Translations under genes and position numbers: made by a program | In this document: positions 45,792 through 56,667 of the stretch, in pieces | Position numbering within the stretch: position 1 is the first letter of the stretch | How the letters are laid out: each line of letters opens with the position of its first letter | Source of the DNA: an uncultured Mycoplasmatota bacterium | Lineage (GTDB): Bacteria > Bacillota_I > Bacilli_A > RF39 > UBA660 | Assembly (NCBI GenBank): GCA_900546055.1 | Contig: URBG01000002.1 | Span: forward strand, 14,347-78,346 | Length of the DNA: 64,000 nucleotides | Direction of reading: 5' to 3' | The notes under the pieces: model-generated | Database searches by the model: none | Told to the model about the DNA's origin: nothing | The model's input: the letters and a program-made list of their open reading frames with translations, nothing else

Positions 45792-46472
45792 CTAAATTTT
45801 ACCATTTTCTAAAAAACTATAGTATTTGTTTTCTCCAATAATAACATGGTCAACTAACTTAATTCCCATTAGTATCCCAATTTGATTTAACCTTTGTGTT
45901 ACATTAATATCTTCAATACTCGGTCTCACATCACCACTGGGATGATTGTGCACACAAATTACCGCTGTCGCATTAAGTAAATAAGCTTCTTTAAATATAT
46001 CCCTTGGATGAACCATACTATGATTAACTGTTCCAACAAATAATAGCTTTTCTTTCAAAACCTTTTTACCAGAATCGAGATACAAACAGTAAAAATTTTC
46101 CTGCGATGAACTAACAATACTTTTATAGTATTCATATACCACCTCAGGCGATTTTATCTTTACATCAATAATCTTATCCTGTTTAACACTAACTCTTCGG
46201 CTAAGCTCAATTGTCGCTAAAATAAGGCAAGCTTTTGCTGCCCCAATTCCTTTAATATTTATGAGTTCATGATAAGTAATATGTTTTAAATTTTGAATAT
46301 GACCAATTTCTTTTAATAGTTTAGACGCTAATACTTTAGCCGACATATCCTTTGTCCCCGTTTTTAAAACTATTGACAATAACTCTTCATCACTTAAACT
46401 ACTAACCCCTTTATTAATTAATCTTTCCCTCGGCCTTTCATTAATAGGCAACTCCTTAATTCCGATATTCAT
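45792..46472 (-). CDS. radC: RadC-family JAB-domain protein
   Basis: HhH-like N-terminus (ELINIKGIGAAKA) and the JAMM motif HNHPSGDVRPSxED. Confidence 0.85.
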   Translation of the reverse strand: MNIGIKELPINERPRERLINKGVSSLSDEELLSIVLKTGTKDMSAKVLASKLLKEIGHIQNLKHITYHELINIKGIGAAKACLILATIELSRRVSVKQDKIIDVKIKSPEVVYEYYKSIVSSSQENFYCLYLDSGKKVLKEKLLFVGTVNHSMVHPRDIFKEAYLLNATAVICVHNHPSGDVRPSIEDINVTQRLNQIGILMGIKLVDHVIIGENKYYSFLENGKI

Positions 46473-46920
46473 CGTTAACCATCTCCTCGTACTTTGCTAA
46501 AACCTGATTACAAATAGCATTTATAGTTCCTCCATCTTTAGTTTTAGAAAGTAAATCGTCATACTGACCTAAAACTGTTAAAAATCCGGCATTATCTGTA
46601 ATCTTTTCCTTTATATATGTATCATACCCTTTTTCTTTGTAATATCCTTGTATTTTCTCTGCATTTTTTTTATTTGTTGAAATTCCTATATAAGTATAGT
46701 ACATATTATCTTCGACATTGTAGATGTAATGTTCAAATTCTCCCATGTTATCTTGCATGTTTTCTTTACTCGAATATACTCCTCTTTGAACATAATAAAT
46801 GGTTTCTGCATTCTTAGAAACAGTAATTCCTTCAGCATGATCGTACCCACTAATCAAAAAATAGGCCATTAAAGTTCCTATAATTAAACTTGCCACTACT
46901 GGAAAAAGATATTTTTTCAT
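46456..46920 (-). CDS. SPOR-domain membrane protein
   Basis: N-terminal TM helix. YYVQRGVYSSKENMQ...YTYIGISTNKKNAEKIQGYYKEKGYDTYIKE fits a SPOR peptidoglycan-binding domain. Confidence 0.55.
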   Translation of the reverse strand: MKKYLFPVVASLIIGTLMAYFLISGYDHAEGITVSKNAETIYYVQRGVYSSKENMQDNMGEFEHYIYNVEDNMYYTYIGISTNKKNAEKIQGYYKEKGYDTYIKEKITDNAGFLTVLGQYDDLLSKTKDGGTINAICNQVLAKYEEMVNDEYRN

Positions 46921-47030
46921 ACTATCACCTAAACTCCATTGTACATGTTAGTTAAGTTGTTATTTTGTCGAAAAAACTAGATATTTAATAATTAAAAAAC
47001 TTAGTTCAATTAATAAACTAAGTTTCAATT

Positions 47031-48602
47031 TTATCTTCCTCTATTGGCAATTTCTACATTAATTTTACGACCACGAAATTTTTTGTTAGTTAAACCTTTT
47101 TTTAATTTATCTATCACTTTATTATCGACATCTAAAAAAGTAAACTTATTTAAAATTTCAATATTACTAAAGTTTTCTTTAGCAATATTTGTTTCTTTTT
47201 TTAGTAAATCTAATAAACTTCCATTTTTAAGTTTATCCATTTTCCCAATCGTTAAAAACACTCTTGTTTTGTCTTTCGAAGTTAAGTTTTTCTGTTTTGT
47301 TTTAACTGTTACGTCAACACTAAAATCAGCCCCTATTTCTCGGTCAAAAGTTATTTTTAATAATCCTGAAGCCAATTTTATTAATTCGTCTTTTTCCATA
47401 TCCCTTATATAGCTAAGGCATTGTTCATCTCTCACCGCTAAAGCCTCAGTTTTAATTTGCTCATACTTATTTGCGTAAACTTCAGCAGAAGTTGGTAAAT
47501 CTTTTTTTGTAACCTGACATTTAGCGACTTTTTCGACATCCTGCAAGAATCTAACTTCTTTTGGATTAACTAAAGAAACAGATAATCCTGAATTACCAGC
47601 TCTCCCCGTTCTCCCAATTCGGTGAATATAAGATTCAATATCTTGCGGTAAATTATAATTAATTACCACATCGATATCATCAACATGAATTCCCCTTGCA
47701 GCAACATCAGTTGCGATTAAATAATTAAATGATCCATCTTTAAAACGTTTTAAAGTCTGACTACGCATGCTTTGAGAAATATCCCCATGCATAACCTCAA
47801 CACTATAGCCACGTCCTTGCATCTCACCTAATAATTCATCACATTCTTTTTTAGTTTGGCAAAAAATAATTCCTAGTTTAAAATTATTAGCGTCCAAAAC
47901 ACGGTACATTGCCTCTCCCCTAGTTCTATTATTTACTAAATAATAATTTTGCTCAACATTAATTGAAGTTCGGCTATTTTCTTTAATTTCAATAAATTTA
48001 TAATCTTTCTTCATATAACGTGAAGCTAAACGTTCTATTGGCTTTGGCATTGTTGCAGAGAATAATAATACTTGTTTCTCTTCACTAGTTTGTTTGAAAA
48101 TGCACTCAATATCATCAATAAATCCCATATTAAGCATCTCATCAGCCTCGTCTAAAATAAAATAATCTAAATTATCCAATTTTAAAGTTTTACGCTTTAA
48201 AAGATCCATAATTCTTCCTGGCGTCCCGACTACTACTTGAACACCTTTTTTCAAAGCGCTCATTTGTTTTTCAATACTAAATCCGCCATATACTGCCAAG
48301 ACATTTAATTTATTAAATTTACTAAGTTTATTAAATTCCTCACTTACTTGAACAGCTAACTCTCTAGTTGGCGCTAAAACTAAAACCTGAACACTTTTGT
48401 TTTCTGGATCAATTTTTGATAAAACACTAGCAGCAAACGCCATTGTCTTACCCGTTCCGGTCTGAGCTTTCCCGATTACATCATTTCCTTCCATAATTAA
48501 TGGAATAATTTCTTCTTGAATTTTACTAGGTAATTCATAACCTAAAGCATCTACTGCTTTAAGGACTTCTTCCTTGAGCCCCAATTCTTTAAATTTTTTC
48601 AT
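47031..48602 (-). CDS. DEAD-box ATP-dependent RNA helicase with DbpA-type C-terminal RNA-binding domain
   Basis: AQTGTGKT, DEAD (ILDEADEM), SAT, HRIGRTGRAG. C-terminal RVFLTIGKMDKL...INVEIA. Confidence 0.9.
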   Translation of the reverse strand: MKKFKELGLKEEVLKAVDALGYELPSKIQEEIIPLIMEGNDVIGKAQTGTGKTMAFAASVLSKIDPENKSVQVLVLAPTRELAVQVSEEFNKLSKFNKLNVLAVYGGFSIEKQMSALKKGVQVVVGTPGRIMDLLKRKTLKLDNLDYFILDEADEMLNMGFIDDIECIFKQTSEEKQVLLFSATMPKPIERLASRYMKKDYKFIEIKENSRTSINVEQNYYLVNNRTRGEAMYRVLDANNFKLGIIFCQTKKECDELLGEMQGRGYSVEVMHGDISQSMRSQTLKRFKDGSFNYLIATDVAARGIHVDDIDVVINYNLPQDIESYIHRIGRTGRAGNSGLSVSLVNPKEVRFLQDVEKVAKCQVTKKDLPTSAEVYANKYEQIKTEALAVRDEQCLSYIRDMEKDELIKLASGLLKITFDREIGADFSVDVTVKTKQKNLTSKDKTRVFLTIGKMDKLKNGSLLDLLKKETNIAKENFSNIEILNKFTFLDVDNKVIDKLKKGLTNKKFRGRKINVEIANRGR

Positions 48603-48696
48603 GTATTCTTCTTTCTAACAAGGTTTAAAACCTGACAACTAACTATAACACATATTTATGAAAAGCGCAAATAAAAAGAATAGATTATTCTATTCT

Positions 48697-49758
48697 TTAA
48701 AAATTTCTCTTTCTAAGGAATGCTGGAATAACAGTATCATCACTATCATCATCATCTAATAAAACATCGATAGTCTCTTCTTTACTTGCGTGAGAAGGAA
48801 CCTCTTTGTTCTTATCATCAAATCCAGTTGCAATTACTGTAACAATAATTTCGTCTGTGAAATTTTCATTAATAACTGCACCAAAGATTGTATTAATATC
48901 AGTATTAGCTGATTTTCTAATTGCTTCCACTGCCTCTTCAACTTCAAATAAAGTTAAGTTTGGACCACCAGTTACATTGATAATCGCATCAGTAGCACCA
49001 TCGATACTAGTTTCAAGAAGTGGACTCAATACTGCTTGATTAGCCGCTTCTACTGCTCTATCTTCTCCAACTCCCGCACCGATTCCGATTAAAGCATCAC
49101 CACGTTTTTCCATTACCGCTCTAACGTCTGCAAAGTCTAGGTTGATTAATCCAGCTACCGCAATTAAATCTGAAATAGATTGAACACCACGTCTTAATAC
49201 ATTATCAACTTCCTTGAATGAATCTAATAAAGGTGTTGATTTGTCAATAATTTCTCTTAATCTATCGTTAGGAACAACGATTAAAGTATCAACATGTTTC
49301 TTTAATTCTTTAATTCCTTCTAAAGCTTGTTCCATACGCTTTTTACCTTCAAATGAGAATGGTTTTGTTACGATACCAACAGTTAATGCTCCTTGACTCT
49401 GTGCGATATCAGCTACAACTGGAGCAGCCCCTGTTCCAGTTCCACCACCCATTCCGCAGGTAATAAATACCATATCAGCATCTTTTAATGATTCTTCAAT
49501 TTCATTTTTTGACTCTAAAGCCGCTTCCTTACCAATTTGTGGATTGGCACCAGCGCCAAGTCCATTAGTTAATTGTTCACCCATCTGAATTTTCTTTTCA
49601 GCAAGTGAATTATTTAAAACTTGTGAATCGGTATTAGCTACAATAAACTCTACTGCTTGTACCCCTGATTCTATCATACGATTAACAGCGTTATTACCGC
49701 CACCGCCGATTCCTATAACCTTAATTTTCGCTAATTGATCCATTTCTAATCCAAACAT
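48697..49758 (-). CDS. ftsZ: Cell division protein FtsZ
   Basis: [13 protein letters not shown] and [13 protein letters not shown] tubulin signature. Confidence 0.95.
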   Translation of the reverse strand: MFGLEMDQLAKIKVIGIGGGGNNAVNRMIESGVQAVEFIVANTDSQVLNNSLAEKKIQMGEQLTNGLGAGANPQIGKEAALESKNEIEESLKDADMVFITCGMGGGTGTGAAPVVADIAQSQGALTVGIVTKPFSFEGKKRMEQALEGIKELKKHVDTLIVVPNDRLREIIDKSTPLLDSFKEVDNVLRRGVQSISDLIAVAGLINLDFADVRAVMEKRGDALIGIGAGVGEDRAVEAANQAVLSPLLETSIDGATDAIINVTGGPNLTLFEVEEAVEAIRKSANTDINTIFGAVINENFTDEIIVTVIATGFDDKNKEVPSHASKEETIDVLLDDDDSDDTVIPAFLRKRNF

Positions 49759-49769
49759 TAAATTTCCTC

Positions 49770-51020
49770 CTATTCGCCGAAAAAGTATCCAAATACTTTA
49801 CCCAGCATTGTTTCATTTGACGTATTTATGAAATGCTTATCCGGTGATGAAAGAATTTCCATGTCACTTTTACTAAGCATTGTATAATCTTGCCCCTTTA
49901 ACTTTAGTGTACTTATAAAATAAATAATATTTCCTAAAGCTGTACTATATTTATTATTTCTAACACCAACCAATTTAATTTTGCCAACATATGCATTTGA
50001 ACCAAGTGCGTCATGTACTGTGTATTCAAAATTTAGTGCATTGCTAACGCCACCAGTTACTATTATATACTTAATTGGCCTATTTGTTAAGAGGTTAATT
50101 TCATTTTTTGCTAAAGATAGTATTTCTTGAACTCTACACATAACCACTTCTGAAACTTCTAATTGATTAATTTTAACTTTTTGACCATTTAAATTAGTCG
50201 TTTCATAAACATCGTTCACATTCGCATTTTGTCTATTTGCGAAAGCAAATTTTTCTTTTACTTTCTTAGCTTCAACTGTATTAATTTTATACATATAAGC
50301 AATATCATTATCGATATCTTTTCCACCCATACCTACAATTTTTGTATTTACAGGTATTCCTTTATTATACAAACTTACCGTTGTAACCTCACTGCCAACA
50401 TTAATAACAGCGCCTATATCATTATCAATCTCTTTATTTCTAAAGCTATTAATATCACCAATACTGCCAACTGAAATATCGACTATTTCAATTCCCAAAC
50501 TTTCCAGTATACTTGCCACTGAATAAACGTTTTTCTTTGGCGTCATTACCATCATCGCGCGCCCCATCAGTTTATCCCCTGGGAAGTCTTTTGGATCCTT
50601 CATAACTGTTTTATCATTAATTTTAAAATCAATTGGAATAACTGTTACAAATTCATTATTAGGATTTAAAGCCTGCTTAATTCCTATTTTATAAGCATTA
50701 TTCATATCCTTACTTGTAATCGTATCACCAATAACAGTAGTTTCACCTTTAATAATTTTATATTCTGCTTGGTAACTAGGTACTGAAGCAATAACCTTTT
50801 TAATTTCTATTCCGAGCATATCTTCTACATCTTTAAAAGCTTCGGCAATTGAAGCTTGGGCCTCTTTAGGATCAACAATTAAACCTTTTTTTATTCCCCT
50901 AGCCGGCGAAGAAGTTGCCGCTAGCAGATTTAAATGGTTCTTGTATAGCTCACAAACCACAATTTTGATAGTATCGCTGCCAATGTCAATGCTTGAGTAT
51001 ACGTGCTCCATTACCATCAT
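49770..51020 (-). CDS. ftsA: Cell division protein FtsA
   Basis: Actin-like ATPase ([20 protein letters not shown]), upstream of ftsZ. The true start may be the ATG at 51011. Confidence 0.9.
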   Translation of the reverse strand: MMVMEHVYSSIDIGSDTIKIVVCELYKNHLNLLAATSSPARGIKKGLIVDPKEAQASIAEAFKDVEDMLGIEIKKVIASVPSYQAEYKIIKGETTVIGDTITSKDMNNAYKIGIKQALNPNNEFVTVIPIDFKINDKTVMKDPKDFPGDKLMGRAMMVMTPKKNVYSVASILESLGIEIVDISVGSIGDINSFRNKEIDNDIGAVINVGSEVTTVSLYNKGIPVNTKIVGMGGKDIDNDIAYMYKINTVEAKKVKEKFAFANRQNANVNDVYETTNLNGQKVKINQLEVSEVVMCRVQEILSLAKNEINLLTNRPIKYIIVTGGVSNALNFEYTVHDALGSNAYVGKIKLVGVRNNKYSTALGNIIYFISTLKLKGQDYTMLSKSDMEILSSPDKHFINTSNETMLGKVFGYFFGE

Positions 51021-51213
51021 CTCCTACAGTATTATCATAATTATACTATATTTTTTCTAAAATGCAAAGTAAATGTCAAAAAAAGTTCAAAAAATCCTTT
51101 AAAAATAAGCCAAAGAAAAAAGCAATATAAAAATACTTTAGTTTTTTAAATCATTAAATAATAATTACTAATAATCTAAATTATAAAATACAACAAAAAA
51201 GAGCAAAAAGCTC

Positions 51214-51888
51214 TTACTCAATAACTTTAAAATATTCTCCAGAATCTAAATATAATATACCTTTTTTATTATTAAATTCTTTAATAATATCTAAATAATG
51301 GTTTATTTTATTAAACTTATTCAAAGTTAAATAAACATAATTACCATCACTCATTGTTAATAAAAATCTTTCTTCATCAACTTCATTTGGATCATATTTA
51401 ATTTCTGAAATTCTTTTAACAATTGAATAATCAGTATTATTCATCTCTTTAATAAATTCAGAATATATTTTGTTTGGTACATAGTTAACTAAAGTTGGTA
51501 CCGGAAAATTATCAGTTGTTTCAGTTTTATCTGCTAAAACCGTTTTTTGATTAGGAACATAATAAAATAAAGGTAAATTTTCCTCAATATCGATTTCAAC
51601 ATTAGTAATCCAATTCTTTTTTACGGTTGCCTTTTTGATGTAAGGATCTTTCTCGAGTTTACTGCTAATCATCCCCGATAAGTTTTGCATACTGCTTGGA
51701 TACTCTTCGAGATTAGCAAGTTTAATAATTTGCCAGTCTGTATATAAAGTATTTCCTTTAACAACAATACTTGTAATTTTTAAATTATAAACATACATAA
51801 CCCCTAAAGCTGCTATTAACACTATAACTAAAAACACTAAAACGTTCTTTGCCTTTACCTTTTTTTTCTTGACCTTCTTTTTAGCCAT
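51214..51888 (-). CDS. divIB: Cell division protein DivIB/FtsQ
   Basis: Basic N-terminus, a single TM helix, and a POTRA-like ITSIVVKGNTLYTDWQI. Sits between murB and ftsA. Confidence 0.75.
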   Translation of the reverse strand: MAKKKVKKKKVKAKNVLVFLVIVLIAALGVMYVYNLKITSIVVKGNTLYTDWQIIKLANLEEYPSSMQNLSGMISSKLEKDPYIKKATVKKNWITNVEIDIEENLPLFYYVPNQKTVLADKTETTDNFPVPTLVNYVPNKIYSEFIKEMNNTDYSIVKRISEIKYDPNEVDEERFLLTMSDGNYVYLTLNKFNKINHYLDIIKEFNNKKGILYLDSGEYFKVIE

Positions 51889-51901
51889 GCCCTATCACCT
51901 T

Positions 51902-52771
51902 TTATTCTATGAATTCTTGTTCGACTATCAGCTTAATTCCATACACTTCTTTAACTTTGTTTTGAATTTCTATAATTAGCTTTTTTACATCTTTACCGCT
52001 AGCATTCCCCACATTAACAATAAAATTAGCATGTTTTTCACTAACCATTGCATCCCCGACTTTTTTACCTTTAAATCCTAGTTCTTCAATTAACCTTCCA
52101 GCATAATCACCTTCAGGATTACGAAATACACTTCCTGCTGAAGGAAATTCAAGAGGTTGAGATTTTAAACGTCTTTCCTTGCGTTCTTTGATTAACTTTA
52201 AAATTTCATCTTTATCTCCAGGTCGTAATTCTAACATTGCTGAAACACAAATATATTTTTTTTCTTTAAGCAAACTAGTTCGGTAACCAAAATTAAGCTC
52301 TTTATTAGTTATTTTTTTTAATTCTAAATTGTCATCGATAACAGTAATTTCTTTAACAATTTCACTCATATCAGACTTATAAGCTCCAGCATTCATATAA
52401 ATAGCTCCACCGACGGTTGCCGGAATACCAGAAGCAAACTCTAAGCCGCTAAGACCTAATTTAGCCGTCTTAATTGACAGTTTCATTAAATTATATCCTG
52501 CTCCAACCGTTACCAGATTACCATCAATCTTTAATTCATTTAATTTATCTAACTTAATTACTACACCATCATAGTCTTTTATAAAAACTAAGTTAGAGCC
52601 AAAGCCAGCAACCATATATTTAATTTGGTTTATTTTTAAATACTCCAGTAATTTTAACAACTGGCAAATAGAATCTGGAAAAATTATCTTTTTAATTGTA
52701 CCAGATAACTTATAAGTTGTGTAGTTCTTAATTAACGCATTATCTATTTCTAACCCAAATTGCCCGTTCAT
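51902..52771 (-). CDS. murB: UDP-N-acetylenolpyruvoylglucosamine reductase
   Basis: FAD-binding domain (GFGSNLVF), and the SAGSVFRNP and SEKHANFIVN motifs. Confidence 0.9.
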   Translation of the reverse strand: MNGQFGLEIDNALIKNYTTYKLSGTIKKIIFPDSICQLLKLLEYLKINQIKYMVAGFGSNLVFIKDYDGVVIKLDKLNELKIDGNLVTVGAGYNLMKLSIKTAKLGLSGLEFASGIPATVGGAIYMNAGAYKSDMSEIVKEITVIDDNLELKKITNKELNFGYRTSLLKEKKYICVSAMLELRPGDKDEILKLIKERKERRLKSQPLEFPSAGSVFRNPEGDYAGRLIEELGFKGKKVGDAMVSEKHANFIVNVGNASGKDVKKLIIEIQNKVKEVYGIKLIVEQEFIE

Positions 52772-53844
52772 TTTATTATCTCTCTTAATTTATTATAAAT
52801 AAGTAAAGCACTATCTGGAACCTTCAATGTTTTAAGGTTTTCTTTCATTTTCCTTAAACATTTATCATCATCGATAACCTCGTCAATTTTTTGAATCAGA
52901 ATATCACCATCTAAATCTTTTTCCTCAATCATTAAAGCTGCTTCATTATTTATCAAATCTAACGCATTTATATATTGATGATTATTCGCAACAAACGGAG
53001 ATGGTATTAAAATAGTTGGTACTTCTAAAGCAATGATTTCACTTAAAGTTGAAGCTCCAGCTCTTGACACCATTAAGTCAGTACGCTTCATAACTTTCGT
53101 TAATCCCTCATAAAATGGTATAACTTTAACATTACTAGGAATTTCGTTTTTAATAAATTCCTCATAGTTAGCTTTACCTGTAACAATTAAAACTTCATAT
53201 TTTTTATTTTTAAATTTGTTAAGCTCTTTTATCAAATAACGATTCATCGAAGACGAACCTAAAGAACCCATTGCGATCAAAACCAATTTCTTAGCAGCAG
53301 AAAGTCCAAGTTCCATTTTTGTAACAGCCTTCACATTAACTGCATTTTCACTGCATGGATTTCCTGATAAAAATGTTTTTTCTTTTGGCAAGTATTCCAT
53401 AGATGAAGCAAAAGAAACCCCAATTGCATCACAGTATTTAGCCAAATACCGATTAGCCTTTCCTGGAATACTATTTTGTTCATGAATAAATGTTTTATAA
53501 CCTAATTTTTTTGCACTTATAATTACAGGAACTGTTACGTAACCGCCAACGCCAATAACAACGTCAGGGTTAAATTCCTTAATCATTTTCTTGCATTCTT
53601 TAAAACCTTTAAAAATACAAGAAATGGTTTTAAAATTTTTCATCAAATGTTTTTTATTAAAACCATACATTTCGATCGATTTAAAAGGAATACCTCGAGC
53701 GGGAACAATATCCTTTTCCATTCGGTTATGGGTTCCGATATATAAAAATTCACTATCAGGTTCCTGTTCCTTAATCTTATCGATAATAGCTAACGCCGGA
53801 TAAATATGTCCACCAGTTCCTCCAGCACTTACGACTACTCTCAT
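52768..53844 (-). CDS. murG: Lipid II glycosyltransferase MurG
   Basis: SAGGTGGHIYPALA N-terminus and GT28 architecture. Overlaps the murB start. Confidence 0.9.
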   Translation of the reverse strand: MRVVVSAGGTGGHIYPALAIIDKIKEQEPDSEFLYIGTHNRMEKDIVPARGIPFKSIEMYGFNKKHLMKNFKTISCIFKGFKECKKMIKEFNPDVVIGVGGYVTVPVIISAKKLGYKTFIHEQNSIPGKANRYLAKYCDAIGVSFASSMEYLPKEKTFLSGNPCSENAVNVKAVTKMELGLSAAKKLVLIAMGSLGSSSMNRYLIKELNKFKNKKYEVLIVTGKANYEEFIKNEIPSNVKVIPFYEGLTKVMKRTDLMVSRAGASTLSEIIALEVPTILIPSPFVANNHQYINALDLINNEAALMIEEKDLDGDILIQKIDEVIDDDKCLRKMKENLKTLKVPDSALLIYNKLREIIK

Positions 53845-53914
53845 GTAATCACATCCTTATTTCCATTATACCATAATTATATTCTCGCTTAAAGTTTTTT
53901 AGAAGGTCTTTACA

Positions 53915-55846
53915 TCAAACGTTGTCGCTTGAAATCATTGAAGTAATTTCCCTATGGTAAAAACTTTTATAAATACTTTTTAACGTCAAATAAATAAGGA
54001 ATAAGCTAACTACAAATGATAATAATAATTCTTTTAAAGGCCATATTATCGAAACCTCAAACACCATATTAACACTATAATATAAAATATAATTCACAAT
54101 TAAAGTAAACGGAAAAACTAGTACAAAAGCTTTAATAAGCATAAGTAAACTTTCAAAAAGAAGCATTTTGTTTAATTGTTTTTTAGTAAGCCCCATACTA
54201 AAGAGTAATCCAAATTCCTTAGTTCGTAAATTTAAACTAGCATGCATTGTATTAATAATTGACGAAAAACCAACTAAAATTACTAACCCAACTACCCCAT
54301 ATAAACATAGCTTAATCACTAACAACAAATTATCCCTTAATCTTAAAGCTTTTTTAACATCCACATAACTAACATCAATATTTTTCGTTTTTTTAAGCTC
54401 AGCTAAGGCTTTAGCTGAATCACCCTTGATAAACAAATTAACCCCAAATTCTGGACAATAATGTTCAAACTTATCAGTTAGTAAAATAACATTATCTTTA
54501 TTAAGCAATCCCTTAAGTCCCCATGGGATTTCATCAGTTGTTTTAATTTTTCCATTTTCTAATCCATCTACTAATACTTCTTTTTTCAAATATTTTCGAT
54601 TATCTTTCACTAATCTTCCGTCTTTCTCATTAATTTCAACTAATCGATTAATAACTCTTTCTTTATTATTTTGAACAATTAAAATCTGTTTCGAATCCGT
54701 ATAATCATTTTTATCCAAATAGCTATCAATTGCAATTTTACCTTTTAATAAGCAACTTTTAACTAATTTATGTTTTTCAAATTTTTTACCTAAGTCATCT
54801 AAAGCTAATATAGCTTCCTCATTACCATTACCAATCACTTCAAAATCATAATCTAGAGTTTCACTATAACTATTTATTGTATTAATACCATATCTTAAAT
54901 ACAAACTAAATGAAGTATATAATAAAACACTAATGAATATACAAAAAGTAACAACTAAATATTTTCGCTTGCACCTATAATAATTATAAAAAGCTAATCT
55001 TCTAGTTATCGCAAATTTCTTAGTCCAATTTGGCAATTTCTTATTCTTAAAATCATCATTCCCACATATCGCTTTCATCACACTTACCCTACTAGATCTT
55101 ATCATTGGCCAAATACTAGATCCTATTACCAAAAAAACAATAAATACTAAGGCCATAAGTAAAAATGGGATATAAATTGTTAAAACAAACTTTGATGTAA
55201 AAATATCCTTAAGCAAATAATTAATAATCACTAATAGTAACTGCATCAACCAAAAACTAAAAATTAGAGAAATAACTAAACCTATTATTAAAACAATTAA
55301 AACTTCCTTTAAATTCATCTTCATAAATTGCCATTTAGTCATTCCCATACTTCTTAAAACACCAATTTGTTTTTTTCTTTCTGATAAAGAAATTGTAAAA
55401 GCATTAGTAATTAAAATAAACACGCCAAAACCTAAAATTAAAAAAACTGTAACTAATAAACTTTTAAAGCTCGAAAGGACATTTTCCTTTTTTGAAAGCC
55501 CATATAAGGATAATAAAGCATCATTATATTTAATTTCATCACATTTGATTTTTTGACAAAGTAAATCGGTATTACTATATGTGTCTTTAATTTCATTATA
55601 TTGAATCAAAGCCTCATCATTTTTATAAGATATCGATTTAATATAATCCGTTTGCTTAAACTCCTCTGTTTTAATTAAAACATGATAAGGTTTATCTTTA
55701 ATAATCTCTTTGATCATAAAATCGTGAACACTTGAAAAAAGCAGACTAATTATCAAAAGCAAAGTTGAAGATAAACAAATACTCAAAATAATCATAAGTG
55801 TTCTTTTCTTATTGTAAAATAAATTTCTAATGGCCATTTTTATCAT
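53915..55846 (-). CDS. FtsX/MacB-family ABC permease with two FtsX modules (BceB-like)
   Basis: About 643 aa. Two repeats of TM + extracytoplasmic domain + 3 TM, each with an FtsX-type GxLRSMG/FSMG motif (GVLRSMGMTKWQ, GLLFSMGLTKKQ). The start overlaps the ATPase stop. Confidence 0.75.
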   Translation of the reverse strand: MIKMAIRNLFYNKKRTLMIILSICLSSTLLLIISLLFSSVHDFMIKEIIKDKPYHVLIKTEEFKQTDYIKSISYKNDEALIQYNEIKDTYSNTDLLCQKIKCDEIKYNDALLSLYGLSKKENVLSSFKSLLVTVFLILGFGVFILITNAFTISLSERKKQIGVLRSMGMTKWQFMKMNLKEVLIVLIIGLVISLIFSFWLMQLLLVIINYLLKDIFTSKFVLTIYIPFLLMALVFIVFLVIGSSIWPMIRSSRVSVMKAICGNDDFKNKKLPNWTKKFAITRRLAFYNYYRCKRKYLVVTFCIFISVLLYTSFSLYLRYGINTINSYSETLDYDFEVIGNGNEEAILALDDLGKKFEKHKLVKSCLLKGKIAIDSYLDKNDYTDSKQILIVQNNKERVINRLVEINEKDGRLVKDNRKYLKKEVLVDGLENGKIKTTDEIPWGLKGLLNKDNVILLTDKFEHYCPEFGVNLFIKGDSAKALAELKKTKNIDVSYVDVKKALRLRDNLLLVIKLCLYGVVGLVILVGFSSIINTMHASLNLRTKEFGLLFSMGLTKKQLNKMLLFESLLMLIKAFVLVFPFTLIVNYILYYSVNMVFEVSIIWPLKELLLSFVVSLFLIYLTLKSIYKSFYHREITSMISSDNV

Positions 55847-56507
55847 CCACAATTCTTCCATCCTCAAAGGTAATAATTCTTGAGGCTTGTTTAGCTAGCT
55901 TCAAATCATGAGTAACCATAATAATCGTCTGACCATAAGTTTCATTATAATATTTAAGTAATTTCATCACCGTTTTCGTATTCTTACTATCCAAATTCCC
56001 CGTAGGTTCATCAGCGAGTAACAACTTAGGATGATTAATTAAAGCTCTTCCAATCGCACATCTTTGTTGCTGGCCTCCAGAAATTTCATTTGGCAAATAA
56101 TTAAGCCTTACCTTTAAATCAAGCGTTTTAATTAGCTCTTCTAAATAATCAGCCATTATCTTTCTACCATCTAAAACCGCTGGTAAAATAATATTTTCTT
56201 TAACCGTCAGTACGGGAATCAGATTATAAAATTGATAGATAATTCCAATATTCTTTCTTCTAAAAATAGTTAAACTATCCCCTTTTAATCCATACAAATC
56301 TTCACCATTAATTAAAACTTTACCATTATCAGGCTTATCTACCCCACCAAGTAAATGAATAAGTGTACTCTTTCCACCACCACTTGGACCAACAATGGCA
56401 ACAAATTCACCTTTTTGAACTTTAAAACTCACATCATCAACAGCTTTTACTAAATTTTCATCCTTTCCATATTTTTTTGTTAAATTTGAAACATTTAAAA
56501 TTTCCAT
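55827..56507 (-). CDS. ABC transporter ATP-binding protein (MacB/BceA/LolD type)
   Basis: Walker A GPSGGGKST, signature ISGGQQQR, Walker B LLLADEPTGNLD. Confidence 0.9.
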   Translation of the reverse strand: MEILNVSNLTKKYGKDENLVKAVDDVSFKVQKGEFVAIVGPSGGGKSTLIHLLGGVDKPDNGKVLINGEDLYGLKGDSLTIFRRKNIGIIYQFYNLIPVLTVKENIILPAVLDGRKIMADYLEELIKTLDLKVRLNYLPNEISGGQQQRCAIGRALINHPKLLLADEPTGNLDSKNTKTVMKLLKYYNETYGQTIIMVTHDLKLAKQASRIITFEDGRIVDDKNGH

Positions 56508-56592
56508 AAACACCTTACCTTTCTAAGACTTTTTGTCTTTATAGGTATCATACCTGGTGAAAGCTTGATTTCCTTGTCCAAAATGAAATTTA

Positions 56593-56621
56593 TTGCCATT
56601 TTTCAAACTTTTCTATATAAT
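56593..56621 (+). promoter_or_regulatory. glmS promoter
   Basis: TTGCCA (56593-56598), a 17-nt spacer, then TATAAT (56616-56621). This leaves a 5' UTR of only about 40 nt. Confidence 0.6.
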
Positions 56622-56667
56622 ATAAGTAAGGATAGATAAAAACCTACTTCTGAAAGGAGACATAATT

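Noticed and set aside
51021-51213. 193-nt AT-rich gap between divIB and ftsA as a possible sRNA or small ORF locus
   Set aside because: It contains only A/T-rich promoter-like sequence, as expected for the internal ftsAZ promoters. I could not find a stable stem, a terminator or an RBS-led ORF.
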